From: Rhina ancylostomus | Taxonomy: Eukaryota | Assembly (NCBI GenBank): GCA_030265395.1 | Contig: JARFYF010000065.1 | Location: 12,291,184-12,355,183, forward strand | Reading direction: 5' to 3' | DNA: 64,000 bases | Shown: piece by piece, positions 1-13,020 of the stretch | Layout of the letters: the number at the start of each line of letters is the position of its first letter | Position numbering within the stretch: the stretch's first letter is position 1 | Notes under the pieces: generated by a model | The model's input: only the letters and a program-made list of their open reading frames with translations | Told to the model about the DNA's origin: nothing | The model's database searches: none | Translations under genes and position numbers: made by a program

Positions 1-2078
1 CAAAACTGGAGTGGGAAAGGATAGAGCTCTGCTTTAAAATCCATCCGAAAGAACCTCTTAGGCCTGCATTGGGAGTGTCAGCCTTGATTTTTGTGGAGTC
101 TCTGACGTGTGACTTGAACTCAAAACCTCCTTACTGTAGTGAGAATGCCTCCCACTGAACTTCAGTTTATAGTCCAGGAGGAGCACATACTAATCTTAAA
201 TATGTTTACCTCACTTATGTGCTCTTATTTGCTGAAAGCTTTATGAAATATCTGATCTTTTCTCCTGAGCATCCCTACACTTACACAAGTGTCCAATTAT
301 TTTTTAAAATACATGTACTTATTAAAATAGTTAGATCAGCAGGCAATTTATGTGAAGAAGGATCACACAATCAGGGATGGTTAAGGTGAAATATTGTCCA
401 GGATTCTCTTATCTCTCTCAATTCTCACGGGGGGATTAAGGTTCTTCCCTTGGTAACAAAAAGGAAAGCACAGCCTAACTGGTTCCACCACCTGCTCGCA
501 GATGTGACCTGGTACATTGTAGGAGGAGAAGCTAGTTACAAACGTGTCACCTAACCTTGGTCTCTCATGACCTCACAAGATAAGCAGCACGCCACTAAAA
601 ACGCTGCTGGCTGACACGCCCTCTCGTGCGCTCACGCTCTCATTCCCCCTCTCACGGCAGCTGTTAATCACACAGTTTGTACTCCATCTGTCCCCCTTGC
701 CCTACCACTTCCTGCGGCATTCCCCAACTGACATTCTCCACTTTCTACCCCCACACAGAGATCAAACCTCCAAAGGTAGGATAAGGAACATTACTGTACA
801 TCATCTCTGTTTAGGTTTGCAAAGTCGTACACAGATACCTTGCTTAGTGCTGTGTGTGTGTCCTGGGAATGTGGGGGCTATTGGAACTGGTGTTAAAATG
901 GGTGATTACATGTGTTACTGATGGCAGTGCTGTGCTGGGATCCTGACTGAGGGCTCAGTGCTTCACTAGCTCTCCCGCAGCATAAAATGGTTAAAGTGAT
1001 CTCATTGTTGTATAGTGTGGAGTGGATGAGCCTCTGATACCGTGTGTGGTGGCTGTGACGAGGGCTGTTCTCTGATCAGCACAGTGGTGTGGCCCATTTT
1101 CTGGGAACCGGCAGCAGCGGCTCTCTGAATTGACGGACCACCCGGTCTCTCACCATCTCCTTGCATGTGACGGAAGCTGCTGTCTCCGTTCTCTGGCTGC
1201 ACAGCTCTCCGCAGCCCGGGGATTTCTCGATGGAAATGAGGTCAAAGGCCGGTGATAGTTGAGGCTTGCTCCTGCAGAGAAACCTCCTGTCCATCGTGTC
1301 CAAGGAGGTGAGGAGACAGACTGCAAGGTCCGGGCAGTCGGTCAGTGTGAGGAGCAGGTTCTGCTGGTCTCTGGCAGTGGTCTGCATGGACTCTGCTGCC
1401 CTGAGCCCCACAGCTCAGTGCTCACTGGTGCTTTCTCCTCTCACTCGCCCGGTATCACCTCTCATGGGCTGCCTTGCATGTTGCCTTCGTGGTTCATCTG
1501 CTCCGAGCTGTGCTGTTTAATCACTGCAGGATCACTGGTGGAGGGAGGGATTCCCAGCACAGTAGCCAAGCAGAAGTACAGGGAGTGGGTATCTATCTGT
1601 ACGTGTTGGGGCTCCAGAACCAAGAGCACCATAAGGAACCAGCACTCTATGGGGCAGAGCTAACTGTACGACCGGCATACCCATCCGTCAACGTCCATGT
1701 CAGCAGACTTTGTTTTCCACTCAGTGAGGCATCCTGGTTGGCAGTGTCAGATCACTGGGTGTTAGAAACACACCACAGAGGGCTTCATCAATGTTCTGAA
1801 GGCTGTTGACAGGGGAAGATACTCAGTGGAGAGGTCACCAACGAGCAGCATTGATTTAGGTAATTGGTTGAGCTGTTTTCACCCAGAGAGATGTACAGAT
1901 CGTCAGGAGGTGGAGGAAGCAGAAATCTGCACCACATTGGAAAGTTACCTGGTTGTTCTGTTGTTCTGTAACCACACCAGTTCGAGAGCTTCTCATCCGC
2001 AGACTGAATGACCTCTGTCTGTGTGAAAAATGTTTTACAATGAAGTTACTGCTTGTAATGACTGATCAGTAACCCCTG

Positions 2079-2116
<38 letters not shown>

Positions 2117-2117
2117 A
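2079..2117. repeat. Compound (GT)n(GA)n microsatellite
   Basis: Visible gtgtgt...gagaga run. Confidence 0.95.
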
Positions 2118-2295
2118 CATCTATGTGGTGAGTCGGTGGTGTACATTCTGTGTTGATCCCGCGGGTTCAGGTATAGCTGAACGATGCCAGAGAGCTGTCC
2201 CTCGCCACTCCCTCCTCCCAACATTGCTCAGACACCTACCAGAGCTTTGAGAGAAGGTTAGAATTCACCGAGGCTGCATTTGTTTTCCCTCCTAA

Positions 2296-3406
<1,111 letters not shown>

Positions 3407-4034
3407 TGGGCAGCGGCCATCAGTGATTGAGATCTCCCTGTATGCCAAGTCATCCAGTAATGCTACTAACNNNNNNNNNNNNNNNNNNNNNNNNNNNNNN
3501 NNNNNNNNNNNNNNNNNNNNNNNNNNNNNNNNNNNNNNNNNNNNNNNNNNNNNNNNNNNNNNNNNNNNNNAGTAATGCTACTAACGCACAATGTGATGAT
3601 GGGTGGTGCCAACACCTCGACACGAGTGAGTGGGCATCAGAAGCAAGTGGAAAATTTGGACTGGAGAGAAGACAGAGGACAACCTATCTCAGAGGGGTGC
3701 ATTCCCCTCATTCGTCTCTCTTCTTCGCCCAGTTGTTGTGCCTTTGGCCAGTGAATGAGATTGGAATGGAAAGGTATATGAAGTCATTTTTGTTTGTATC
3801 TTTCTCTTTTCCTTTTCATCCTTTCTTGGTCTGCCCAGTGCTCTCTTTCTCTGTATTGACTATTCCATTGGAGAGCTGTGAGAACGCACACCATTTATCT
3901 GTATTTACCATATTTATGTTTATCTGTTGTGTTTTTGTATGAATCCCTCGAGATAGTTGCAATTTGCTGCTCTCATTCCTACCAATGGGACCAGAATTAC
4001 AAGTTAAGCCTGTACATTAAAATATTTTTGAACT

Positions 4035-4442
4035 AATAAATATTTTGGGATGCCCACCCAATGTTTAATGTTACAGCTTTGTGACTATGGAAAGTGAATA
4101 TCTCTTTCCCTTACACACATCCCACTCTGTCTGGCCATGCCTTGTCTCTGGCAGTTTGTGTAAGTGGTACTGCAGAAGTGCAGATTGTTACTTGCCTTCT
4201 CAGTCGCAGTGTTTGATCAACACTGGGTCAGCTTCTAGACCACTGCAATTCATCGTACACATGGGTTATTTTAAATGTTTGTTGCAGTAGCTCAATGCAG
4301 TGTTGCACTTTGAAATAACAGGAACAAAAGTGTGTTGTTTTCATACATTTGCCAATGAGGCTGGATTTTAAACATGGAATTAAATTTTGTGCGTAATATA
4401 TTCTGAATTGCTTTGTGTAAAAAAACAAGTGTCAACAATAAA
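4035..4442 (+). promoter_or_regulatory. Candidate FDX2 polyadenylation signals (AATAAA at 4035-4040 and 4437-4442)
   Basis: AATAAA hexamers downstream of the FDX2 stop; the distal one is followed by a GT/T-rich tract. Confidence 0.5.
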
Positions 4443-4639
4443 CGTAGAGCCATTTTGTGACTAGTGCATATTGTGCCTTTATTTGAGTACCCAAGGCTGA
4501 TATCAGTCTTTACCGATCAATGACCGTGGTAAATGAATGATCTGCTCTGGATTGCTTTGGGTCAATGATCCCTTCTGGGTAAGGTCTGGGACACTTGGTG
4601 CTGGCCCCAGTCATAAGAGCTCCATTAGTGACATCGACT

Positions 4640-4952
4640 GCAGGCCGGCAGGGGGCGTGGTGCTGGGAAGCCGGCAGGGTCCTGCACCTCCAGGCCGGCA
4701 GGGGACGCTGTACGAGGAGGACCGCGCGCTGTGCTGCGGCTTCAGGCCGACCGGAGGCGCGGTGCGGGGAGGCCGGCGGGGTACTGCACCTCCAGGCCGG
4801 CAGGGGACGCTGTACGGGGAGGACCGCGAGCTGTGCTGCGGCTTCAGGCCGACCGGAGGCGCGGTGCGGGGAGGCCGGCGGGGTCCTGCACCTCCTGGCC
4901 GGTAGGGGACGCGGTACGGGGAGGACCGCGCGCTGTGCTCCGGCTTCCGGCC
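4640..4952. repeat. GC/CpG-rich minisatellite, 102-bp period (about 3 copies visible, runs into the gap)
   Basis: ctgcacctcc recurs at 4682, 4784 and 4886; each unit consists of two related ~51-bp halves starting caggccg. Confidence 0.92.
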
Positions 4953-6754
4953 NNNNNNNNNNNNNNNNNNNNNNNNNNNNNNNNNNNNNNNNNNNNNNNN
5001 NNNNNNNNNNNNNNNNNNNNNNNNNNNNNNNNNNNNNNNNNNNNNNNNNNNNNNNNNNNNNNNNNNNNNNNNNNNNNNNNNNNNNNNNNNNNNNNNNNNN
5101 NNNNNNNNNNNNNNNNNNNNNNNNNNNNNNNNNNNNNNNNNNNNNNNNNNNNNNNNNNNNNNNNNNNNNNNNNNNNNNNNNNNNNNNNNNNNNNNNNNNN
5201 NNNNNNNNNNNNNNNNNNNNNNNNNNNNNNNNNNNNNNNNNNNNNNNNNNNNNNNNNNNNNNNNNNNNNNNNNNNNNNNNNNNNNNNNNNNNNNNNNNNN
5301 NNNNNNNNNNNNNNNNNNNNNNNNNNNNNNNNNNNNNNNNNNNNNNNNNNNNNNNNNNNNNNNNNNNNNNNNNNNNNNNNNNNNNNNNNNNNNNNNNNNN
5401 NNNNNNNNNNNNNNNNNNNNNNNNNNNNNNNNNNNNNNNNNNNNNNNNNNNNNNNNNNNNNNNNNNNNNNNNNNNNNNNNNNNNNNNNNNNNNNNNNNNN
5501 NNNNNNNNNNNNNNNNNNNNNNNNNNNNNNNNNNNNNNNNNNNNNNNNNNNNNNNNNNNNNNNNNNNNNNNNNNNNNNNNNNNNNNNNNNNNNNNNNNNN
5601 NNNNNNNNNGTGGGGGAGGAACTGTCAGGCCAGGTGTACCGAGGAAGGGGGAGCAGAGACGGGCCTTGTCCGGGGGTTGGGGGAGGTGTCGGGGCAGGAG
5701 ATGGGACCGGCTGCCGGTGGGGTGCGAGTCCCGGCCGCTGATGGGGTGGGAAGAGACAAGCCCCATCCCTGGGGGAGGTGGAAGTCCGGCCTCTGGGGAT
5801 ATCTGGTGATGGTGGTGGCGTGCCTGGGTCCCGTGGGGAGGATGGGCGTGGGGACGGGCCCGGAACGGATTGGGGACGGGTGTTGGACGGACCCGGCCGC
5901 CGGACAAGGGGGAAGGGATCGGCCTGGCTCCCAAGAGGGGGAGGAGGACGGGAGGGTGGAGGTGGACTTGGACTTGGCCCTGATCTCCGGGAGAGGGGGG
6001 GAAACACAGTATAGGAGTGTATCGGATGGGGAGGAGGGTGATTACATGCTGAACGTTTGTGTCGGGTACAGGTCCACCCCCCCCCCCCCGGCCGAAGGTG
6101 AAGATCGTTGGGGAGGGGAGGAAACAGTAACAAGCTTGGCAGTCAGGTATAGACAAGGTTTTAGTGTCAAGCACAGCCGATGGTGGGAGATTGTNNNNNN
6201 NNNNNNNNNNNNNNNNNNNNNNNNNNNNNNNNNNNNNNNNNNNNNNNNNNNNNNNNNNNNNNNNNNNNNNNNNNNNNNNNNNNNNNNNNNNNNNGCACAG
6301 CCGATGGTGGGAGATTGGGGGTGGGTATTGGAGAGGTAAGGGTGGTCCTTGTTGCAGAGACTTACCCAGTCCTCAAGGGAAGGACTGTTGGAGGAGTGGC
6401 AACAGAGCTGGCTCCCCAGAAAGATGGATAATTGACAAATAAACAGGCTCAGCCTCCAGCAGCAGGTGGGTGTTTGGGCAGGAAGACCTGGTCCTTTGGG
6501 ACTGGTAGTGAGTGTTTAGATCTTGGTTGTGGAAAGGAGAGAGACCAATCTTCTGAGAAGGGGGAGGGAGGTGGGAGAGACAGACATAATGTTGGGTTCA
6601 ACAGCCTTACCAGGCAGAATGCTGAGGCCCAGGATCAATCTCCTGACCCAGCAGAAAAAGGGTGGTACTAAAAGGAATAAATTGGGATTTTAATTTCAAA
6701 ACAGTCTGCAAACAAGACCAATGATTCAGACGAGATACTTTTACGTTTCCACAG

Positions 6755-6827
6755 AGTTTGTAAAAGATGGAGAAGATTGGCTTATGACAAGGGCCTCTGG
6801 AAAGATGTCAATTTAACCCCATACAAG
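6755..6827 (+). CDS. FBXL12: FBXL12 exon 2 (73 bp, F-box C-terminal half)
   Basis: tttccacag|AGTTTGTAAAAGATGG...CCATACAAG|gtaaga. Confidence 0.9.
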
Positions 6828-8033
6828 GTAAGAAACAATTCTGGTACTGCTTTCTGTCAAATTTTGGCATTGAAATTTTGTCTAGGAGTTCCTCACCTTG
6901 AAAGAAATAGTTTGCGGGTTTGCTAAATGCTTCAGCAGTGAACTGAGGCTACTGAGTTAAAAGATTTCAGTGTTAGCTTCCAAATTAAGAAAACGAAAAG
7001 GCAGTGTTGTTGCCTGAATGAAGAAATGTTCTTGGCTTCATCTTGAACTGTCTGGGCTTCCCTGATCAGAGGCCACACTTTCTCAATTCTGGCCCCAACG
7101 AAGGCAGCCCTTAGATGCCCAAGGGTGACGCTTCATGTAACAACTGAGAATGTGTTGGTGTCTTATTGGTCGGCATGTCTCTTGCATGAATTACCTTGTG
7201 GTTTGACTCTGCTCTTTCAGGTAAACTCACGGATCCTCTGGCACCTTGTCAGACATTACCTGGGTGGGACTCTGAGGACCCTGAGAGTCAAGGGTGTCCT
7301 CCATTCTGTCAAGAAGCACGAGTCGCTGACCGAAGCCTTGCTGCTGGAGATCGGGAAACGCTGTCCGAACCTGACTGAGCTCCGGCTCATCGAGATGAAC
7401 CTGCGGGGCATCAATTATGAATGCCTGCCCCCCTCACTGCTCAGCCTGGAGCTGACGCACTGTGAGATTCCCCTGCACTGGTTCAGGGCTGCAGCTGCTG
7501 CCAACGGGACCCGTGTGCCGCCTCGCATCAAGAACCTAGAGGTGGACAATGTCCCCAACTTCTCAGACCAGCACCTGCAGAACCTCGCATCCCGTACAGC
7601 GCTGAAGGTGCTGATCCTGTCTGGCACATACAGAGTCACTGACTCTGGCATCGAGAAGTCGGCCGAGTGTCTCTCCGAGTTGGTCCACCTCAAGCTCCAC
7701 GGCTGCAACATCTCCGATGAGTCCCTGCGCCACATTGCTCGGCACCTGACACAGCTCCGCACTTTGGACCTCACGAACTTCTGTTCCATGACCGACGTGG
7801 GCCTGGCCTGTCTCGGTGATCTGCGCTCACTGCAGTCCCTGTGCTTTGAGTACTGTGACCAGATCACCGTCGAGAAGCTCTTGGCTGTCTGCACTGGTCT
7901 TCCATCGCTGGCGAAACTCAACCTGAGCGGGAACCCCTACTCCGAGGGGGACCTGCCGAGAATCCGGCAGAGTTTGCCGAACTGCACCGTCACCAACGAT
8001 TTCCCTGCCATGGATTCTGTGCCTAAGTTTTAA
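6755..8033 (+). CDS. FBXL12: F-box/LRR-repeat protein 12; exons 6755-6827 and 7221-8033; first coding exon not found (probably in gap 4953-5609)
   Basis: Exon 2 encodes the F-box C-terminal half (R)VCKRWRRLAYDKGLWKDVNLTPYK. The last exon VNSRILWHLVRHYLG...KRCPNL...LELTHCEI...VPNFSDQHLQ...LILSGTYRVTDSG matches recalled FBXL12 motifs (WHLLRRY, KCPNL, LELHSCEI, VPAFRDEHLQ, GGTYRVTETG). GT-AG sites are in phase. Confidence 0.9.
7221..8033 (+). CDS. FBXL12: FBXL12 last exon (LRR domain)
   Basis: gctctttcag|GTAAACTCACGG to TAA at 8033; open frame with Cys-containing LRRs. Confidence 0.93.
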   Translation, partial: VNSRILWHLVRHYLGGTLRTLRVKGVLHSVKKHESLTEALLLEIGKRCPNLTELRLIEMNLRGINYECLPPSLLSLELTHCEIPLHWFRAAAAANGTRVPPRIKNLEVDNVPNFSDQHLQNLASRTALKVLILSGTYRVTDSGIEKSAECLSELVHLKLHGCNISDESLRHIARHLTQLRTLDLTNFCSMTDVGLACLGDLRSLQSLCFEYCDQITVEKLLAVCTGLPSLAKLNLSGNPYSEGDLPRIRQSLPNCTVTNDFPAMDSVPKF

Positions 8034-8480
8034 CCACAGGTTGTTTTTACCCTGGTAGTGCTTTGGCTTCACCAGGAGGATTGGGAGCTTGCCAACTGCA
8101 CTACATAACCTGGGCTGTCCTTTATTCCCTTGCATGGATTTTGTGCGGTTGGTCAGGTCCCCGAAAGCATAGTATTTGAATTGACAGAAGCTCGCTGCAG
8201 AACCCCAGGTCCCCCTATCTGGTAAACACGTGGTATCTGTGGTACCTCTGCAGTGTGGGGGAGAGCGAGTACCCTGAATGACTACAACGGGGTTCAATTT
8301 GGAGTGTGTTCAGACGAGGCAGATACAGACTGCCGAACAGAGGCAAAATAGGAAGTTGTGTGGGTGCTAACATCGGATGGATCGGATCTGGTGCTCACTG
8401 ATGCTCTCTCTTTGGATTGTGTGTGCCAAGCCAATAGTTTTGAGTTGGTGGGACTGCAGAAATCTGTACACAGCTGAGTA

Positions 8481-8718
8481 AATAAATTACAAGAAGGAAA
8501 AGCATCGAGATAGAAGTCAAACTGAAATACACTGCAAGATCAGCAGCAGCCAAATGCACAAACCTTGGACTGCTGTACTGGATGGAGGAGTGTGGCTAAC
8601 CAAATGGTTTACTGGATGCTGACAGCCTACAAAGAATATTTAAATTGTTCGGTAAATGTCACACCATTCAGCTCGGTAATTTTTTTGGAGAGCTTTGTTT
8701 GTTCATTCTGAAAATAAA
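8481..8718 (+). promoter_or_regulatory. Candidate FBXL12 polyadenylation signals (AATAAA 8481-8486, 8713-8718)
   Basis: AATAAA hexamers 450-690 nt after the stop codon. Confidence 0.5.
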
Positions 8719-11700
8719 GTTTATCATTTGTAACAATTTACATATCTCTCTATTTCCTGATAACTGGTGTTCCTTTTGACCAAGTTCGTTGGCCAGTTGT
8801 GGTTATCAGTGAGAAGAGTTTCAGAAATGTTTCTTTACATTGAGGGTAATTGGATGGTTTGTTACAGGGAGTGATTGAAGCAAAGTCAATTGCATATGTT
8901 TAAGATAAAGTTGAATATTTAAATAGGAGAGAGAGTGGCACAATAGGATTTGCTTTACACCTGTGTGATGGGTGGAATGACCTCCTTGGTGTTGCTGAAA
9001 CATTTGGCTCTTCACTCCATGCAAGCTGTACCCATAGGTTACCCACAGATATGGGGTGAGTTTCCATGTTGTAAGAATTGATGTTCAGCTCCAGCTCCTG
9101 GCCCTTCTCTGTGCCTTAAATCACTTCTGTGCTACCTGCATGTCACGATTGGGTGGCATAAAGCTTGTTTTCTTGATATTGAGAAGGCAGAACCCACTCC
9201 ACTTGGTGGCCACCCACGTGCTCTGCTGTTTAGACACTGGTGCCGCTCCCCTCTCGCTGAGTCAGAAATGGGCCCATACTGTCCAAAAACTGATACTAAC
9301 CAAAAATACAAGTCCTGTTTATTCCATGTGTTCTCATTGATCTAACTCCCTCCTAATTTCCCACGGCATTCACCGTAAAATCAAATGTCATTGGCTTCCA
9401 TTCCCTCCACCACCTAGTTCTGCAACCGTCTCTAACCTGTCCTTCCCACGTTTCAATCCCTAACCATCCACCCCCTCCCCCACCCCTTAACCAATTGCCA
9501 CCAGTCAGGGCAGAGATGTGTCAAAGCTGCAGACTTGTCTCCTCCTTTGGCTTGTTTCTCTCACATGAGAGCTAGGGGACCTTAATGTTTTGACACCACT
9601 CTCCTTGCTCATCACTCTCCGAACTGAAGCAAAATGCGAAAACAAGGAAATAAAATCCCAAAACAAGCCAGATTAGAAATTGAATCTTTGCTGGAAAATA
9701 TTAAATGGAGAGAAAATGAGGGAAGAGGTGAAAGGCCAAATGAATGTCCAGGAATCTGATGTTGCTTCCTGCCTCTCTAGACCCCTCCCAAAAGCAGAGT
9801 CTTCACGTTTCTATTAATTTATTTCAACTGATATTTTTATATTTCTATTTACTGACTCAATCTTAACAGTATTGGGAAGGTTTCGTTTCAAAGACTTTCC
9901 AACATTTCAAACTGTTACATGATGTTGCTGCATTTTTTTTTGATGCAGTTCAATTTTGTGCTGGTACCTTGGTTTGTGGAGTGCTTTACAGTTCCTATGG
10001 TCGCCAGTTAGTTTCTTGAGTTGTAATCTGTCTTGATAAAAGCACCAGAGGAGAAATAAAGATTTCACTATTAACCTTTGTCTAGCTTTCATTTATGTTC
10101 ATCCGCCTCGCTAGAAATCCCACTCCCAGTTCCACCACAATTTCCATGTAGTTCAATAGCCTCGCAGCGGTACAAGTCACAGTTGAAACTGGAGTTCTGC
10201 TCATTTNNNTAAAACACAAAAGATGGTTTGATAATAATGTCACTTAAGACATCAAAATCATTCAGACTCCACCCTGTTTTGACATGAAAGGAAATCATAC
10301 TTAATCAGTCCAAGGTTAGAGTTTGAGGATGTAAGTATCAGGATAGATAAGGTGAATCTAATATAGTGCAGTATAATCTAATATTAGTGATCATAAGGCA
10401 CTTGAAGGTTGTTGCACAAAAATAAGGACCCTTAGGTTTGAAGGTATTAAAATAGATAAAGCACATTAACAACCTCTCCACAAGTTATTTTGCACCAGAT
10501 TTGTATCATTAGTGAATGTGACTACGTTATCAATCACTTCAATTGTCATTAAGATAAATAGTTCAGAGTGTAGCAAAGTTCATTGATGGTCTTCACTATT
10601 AACGTCCAACCAACCTGAAAATGGCCCATTTTATCCTTGACCTTTAATATTTTGCAGGCACTGCCCATGCATCTGAACGTACAGTTTCACACGTCACATC
10701 CTTGTGTCAGCGATATACATAGTCTGCACCTTAATGTAAGTAGTGTAAGCTTGTCACTTAGCAGTAGCAGTCTCAGTTCTCCTACCTCCATGGTCCCTTA
10801 AGATTGAGGATGACTTGTTTCTACTGCCATTCTATGGGTTCTAAGGCTGCCACAAGTCCCACACAGATGTGGAGCAACAGGTGGAATTTAAGGGAGTAGG
10901 TGGATAGATTAAGAATACTGTACACTCCTTCCACTGTGTTTGACCTCAGTGTGCTTCCATCAGAGAAGGCCTTAGTTGCTTTTCAGTTTCCAGTTGCTTC
11001 CTCACTAGTTTGAATGGCAATGAGCTGATGATCAAATTGCATTTTCCAGGAGGTTTTGAGGCCATCCTTGAAGCATTGTCTCTGACCTCCTGGAGATCAT
11101 TTGCCACAAAGAAGCTCAGTAGAATCTTTGCAGATGACCTGCCAATCAGAGCTAGTTGAACTTGAACAGGGCCTCAGTGCTGGGGAGGCTGGTCCGTGAG
11201 GAAACTGACTCTGGTTGATAAACCCTGCCAGTGGCTTTGGGGAAGTTTGTGGGGATGACATTGGGAGAGCGGACAAGGGGACATAGATCCAAGGTAAGGA
11301 GTCAGTCATTTAAAACTGAGGTGCATAGAGATATCTTAGTGGGTAGTGATAGATAAATATTCAAAAAACCAAGGAATTGAAGGCTATGGGGAACTGGCAC
11401 AGGAGGAGTTGAGGTTTGGGGTGGATCAGCCATTACAATGAATTGCAGAGTTTGAAGGGGTCAGCTGGCCCACTGCAGCATTCACTGTGTACTTCTGGCA
11501 ACACTTCCATTGGTAATGATGGAGGGCCACCATTTCTCTAGAATCATAGAGCAGTATAGCACAATACAGGCCCTTTGGCCCACAATGTTGTGCCGACCTT
11601 TAAACCTCACCTGACTATCTAACCCTTTAAACCTCACCTGACTATCTAACCCCTTCCTCCCACATATCCTTCTATTTTAAATTCCTCCAATATGCTTATN

Positions 11701-12436
11701 NNNNNNNNNNNNNNNNNNNNNNNNNNNNNNNNNNNNNNNNNNNNNNNNNNNNNNNNNNNNNNNNNNNNNNNNNNNNNNNNNNNNNNNNNNNNNNNNNNNN
11801 NNNNNNNNNNNNNNNNNNNNNNNNNNNNNNNNNNNNNNNNNNNNNNNNNNNNNNNNNNNNNNNNNNNNNNNNNNNNNNNNNNNNNNNNNNNNNNNNNNNN
11901 NNNNNNNNNNNNNNNNNNNNNNNNNNNNNNNNNNNNNNNNNNNNNNNNNNNNNNNNNNNNNNNNNNNNNNNNNNNNNNNNNNNNNNNNNNNNNNNNNNNN
12001 NNNNNNNNNNNNNNNNNNNNNNNNNNNNNNNNNNNNNNNNNNNNNNNNNNNNNNNNNNNNNNNNNNNNNNNNNNNNNNNNNNNNNNNNNNNNNNNNNNNN
12101 NNNNNNNNNNNNNNNNNNNNNNNNNNNNNNNNNNNNNNNNNNNNNNNNNNNNNNNNNNNNNNNNNNNNNNNNNNNNNNNNNNNNNNNNNNNNNNNNNNNN
12201 NNNNNNNNNNNNNNNNNNNNNNNNNNNNNNNNNNNNNNNNNNNNNNNNNNNNNNNNNNNNNNNNNNNNNNNNNNNNNNNNNNNNNNNNNNNNNNNNNNNN
12301 NNNNNNNNNNNNNNNNNNNNNNNNNNNNNNNNNNNNNNNNNNNNNNNNNNNNNNNNNNNNNNNNNNNNNNNNNNNNNNNNNNNNNNNNNNNNNNNNNNNN
12401 NNNNNNNNNNNNNNNNNNNNNNNNNNNNNNNNNNNN

Positions 12437-13020
12437 TGGTCGTTAGGGAACGGCTGTCGCTCCTTCATCTGACGTCTGGCCAGAAACCGAATCAACTATG
12501 GGCTAACACGTCGTCTTAAACCCGCACTGCCGCAACCAAGCCGTCGCAGCCCGGTTTTAACGCGAGTTCCGGGACAAATGGGTTAAGGTGAGAGGCTTTA
12601 AATCACTCAGTCATTGCAAAGCCGGGCAGCCCGAGGGGCGGGATCGGGGACACCTCCAGTGTTGATTGGCTGCTCGGCTGCTCATCAAATGTCTATCTGC
12701 CCTGTGATTGGTCGGTGGGAGTCTCCGTCAAATCTTGTCCCGAAGTGCGGCGAAGTTCGGGTGCGGTGGCCTTGAGTTTGTGGCATGGGGCAGGTTCCTC
12801 CGATCCCGGTGACTTGACCCGAAAGTATAACAAGCCATCGAATCCCATCGCGTTGGTTGGAGATGTTCACGGGGTTGTGGCAGCTCCCTGTACACGGTCC
12901 AGCTGCGGATGTGGGTGAATCTGCAACCTCCCTCACAAGTCTTAGACCCCTGACAGCTGTTACCGACTGCACTCGGCCGTGAGTTGTGGTTTGTGTTGGC
13001 GTTGACCGCGATGTGGGAGT
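12437..13020. promoter_or_regulatory. CpG-island promoter and probable non-coding first exon of ATG4D
   Basis: Locally CpG-dense; GC box GGGCGG 12636-12641, two reverse CCAAT boxes (ATTGG 12665, 12707), TGACGTC 12470, strong donor GTGAGT at 12979. The ATG4D start exon has its own splice acceptor, so an upstream exon is required. Confidence 0.7.

Noticed and set aside
3456-3585. Direct repeat agtaatgctactaac on either side of a 100-N gap (similarly gcacagccgatggtgggagattg around 6195-6293)
   Set aside because: Typical contig-overlap artefact at scaffold gaps, not a biological repeat or TSD.
4510-6174. Long ORFs (336-554 aa) on both strands
   Set aside because: They span the N-gap and GC-rich tandem or low-complexity DNA that is simply poor in stop codons; no recognisable domain.
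7125-7220. N-terminal 32 aa of the 302-aa ORF
   Set aside because: Intronic read-through; the real exon starts at the acceptor at 7220 and is preceded by the F-box exon.
9907-10298. UBL5 near FBXL12 (DRL..KKL resemblance)
   Set aside because: UBL5 is almost invariant in vertebrates and no MIEVVCNDRLGKKVRVKC match exists.
11597-11653. Short tandem duplications (also about 28625-28670 and 47742-47785) as CRISPR-like or functional arrays
   Set aside because: Only two adjacent copies without spacers in a vertebrate genome; ordinary slippage duplications.
11677-12519. ORFs spanning N-gaps (also 15344-15965, 20117-20812, 26270-26556)
   Set aside because: Artefacts of translating N runs.
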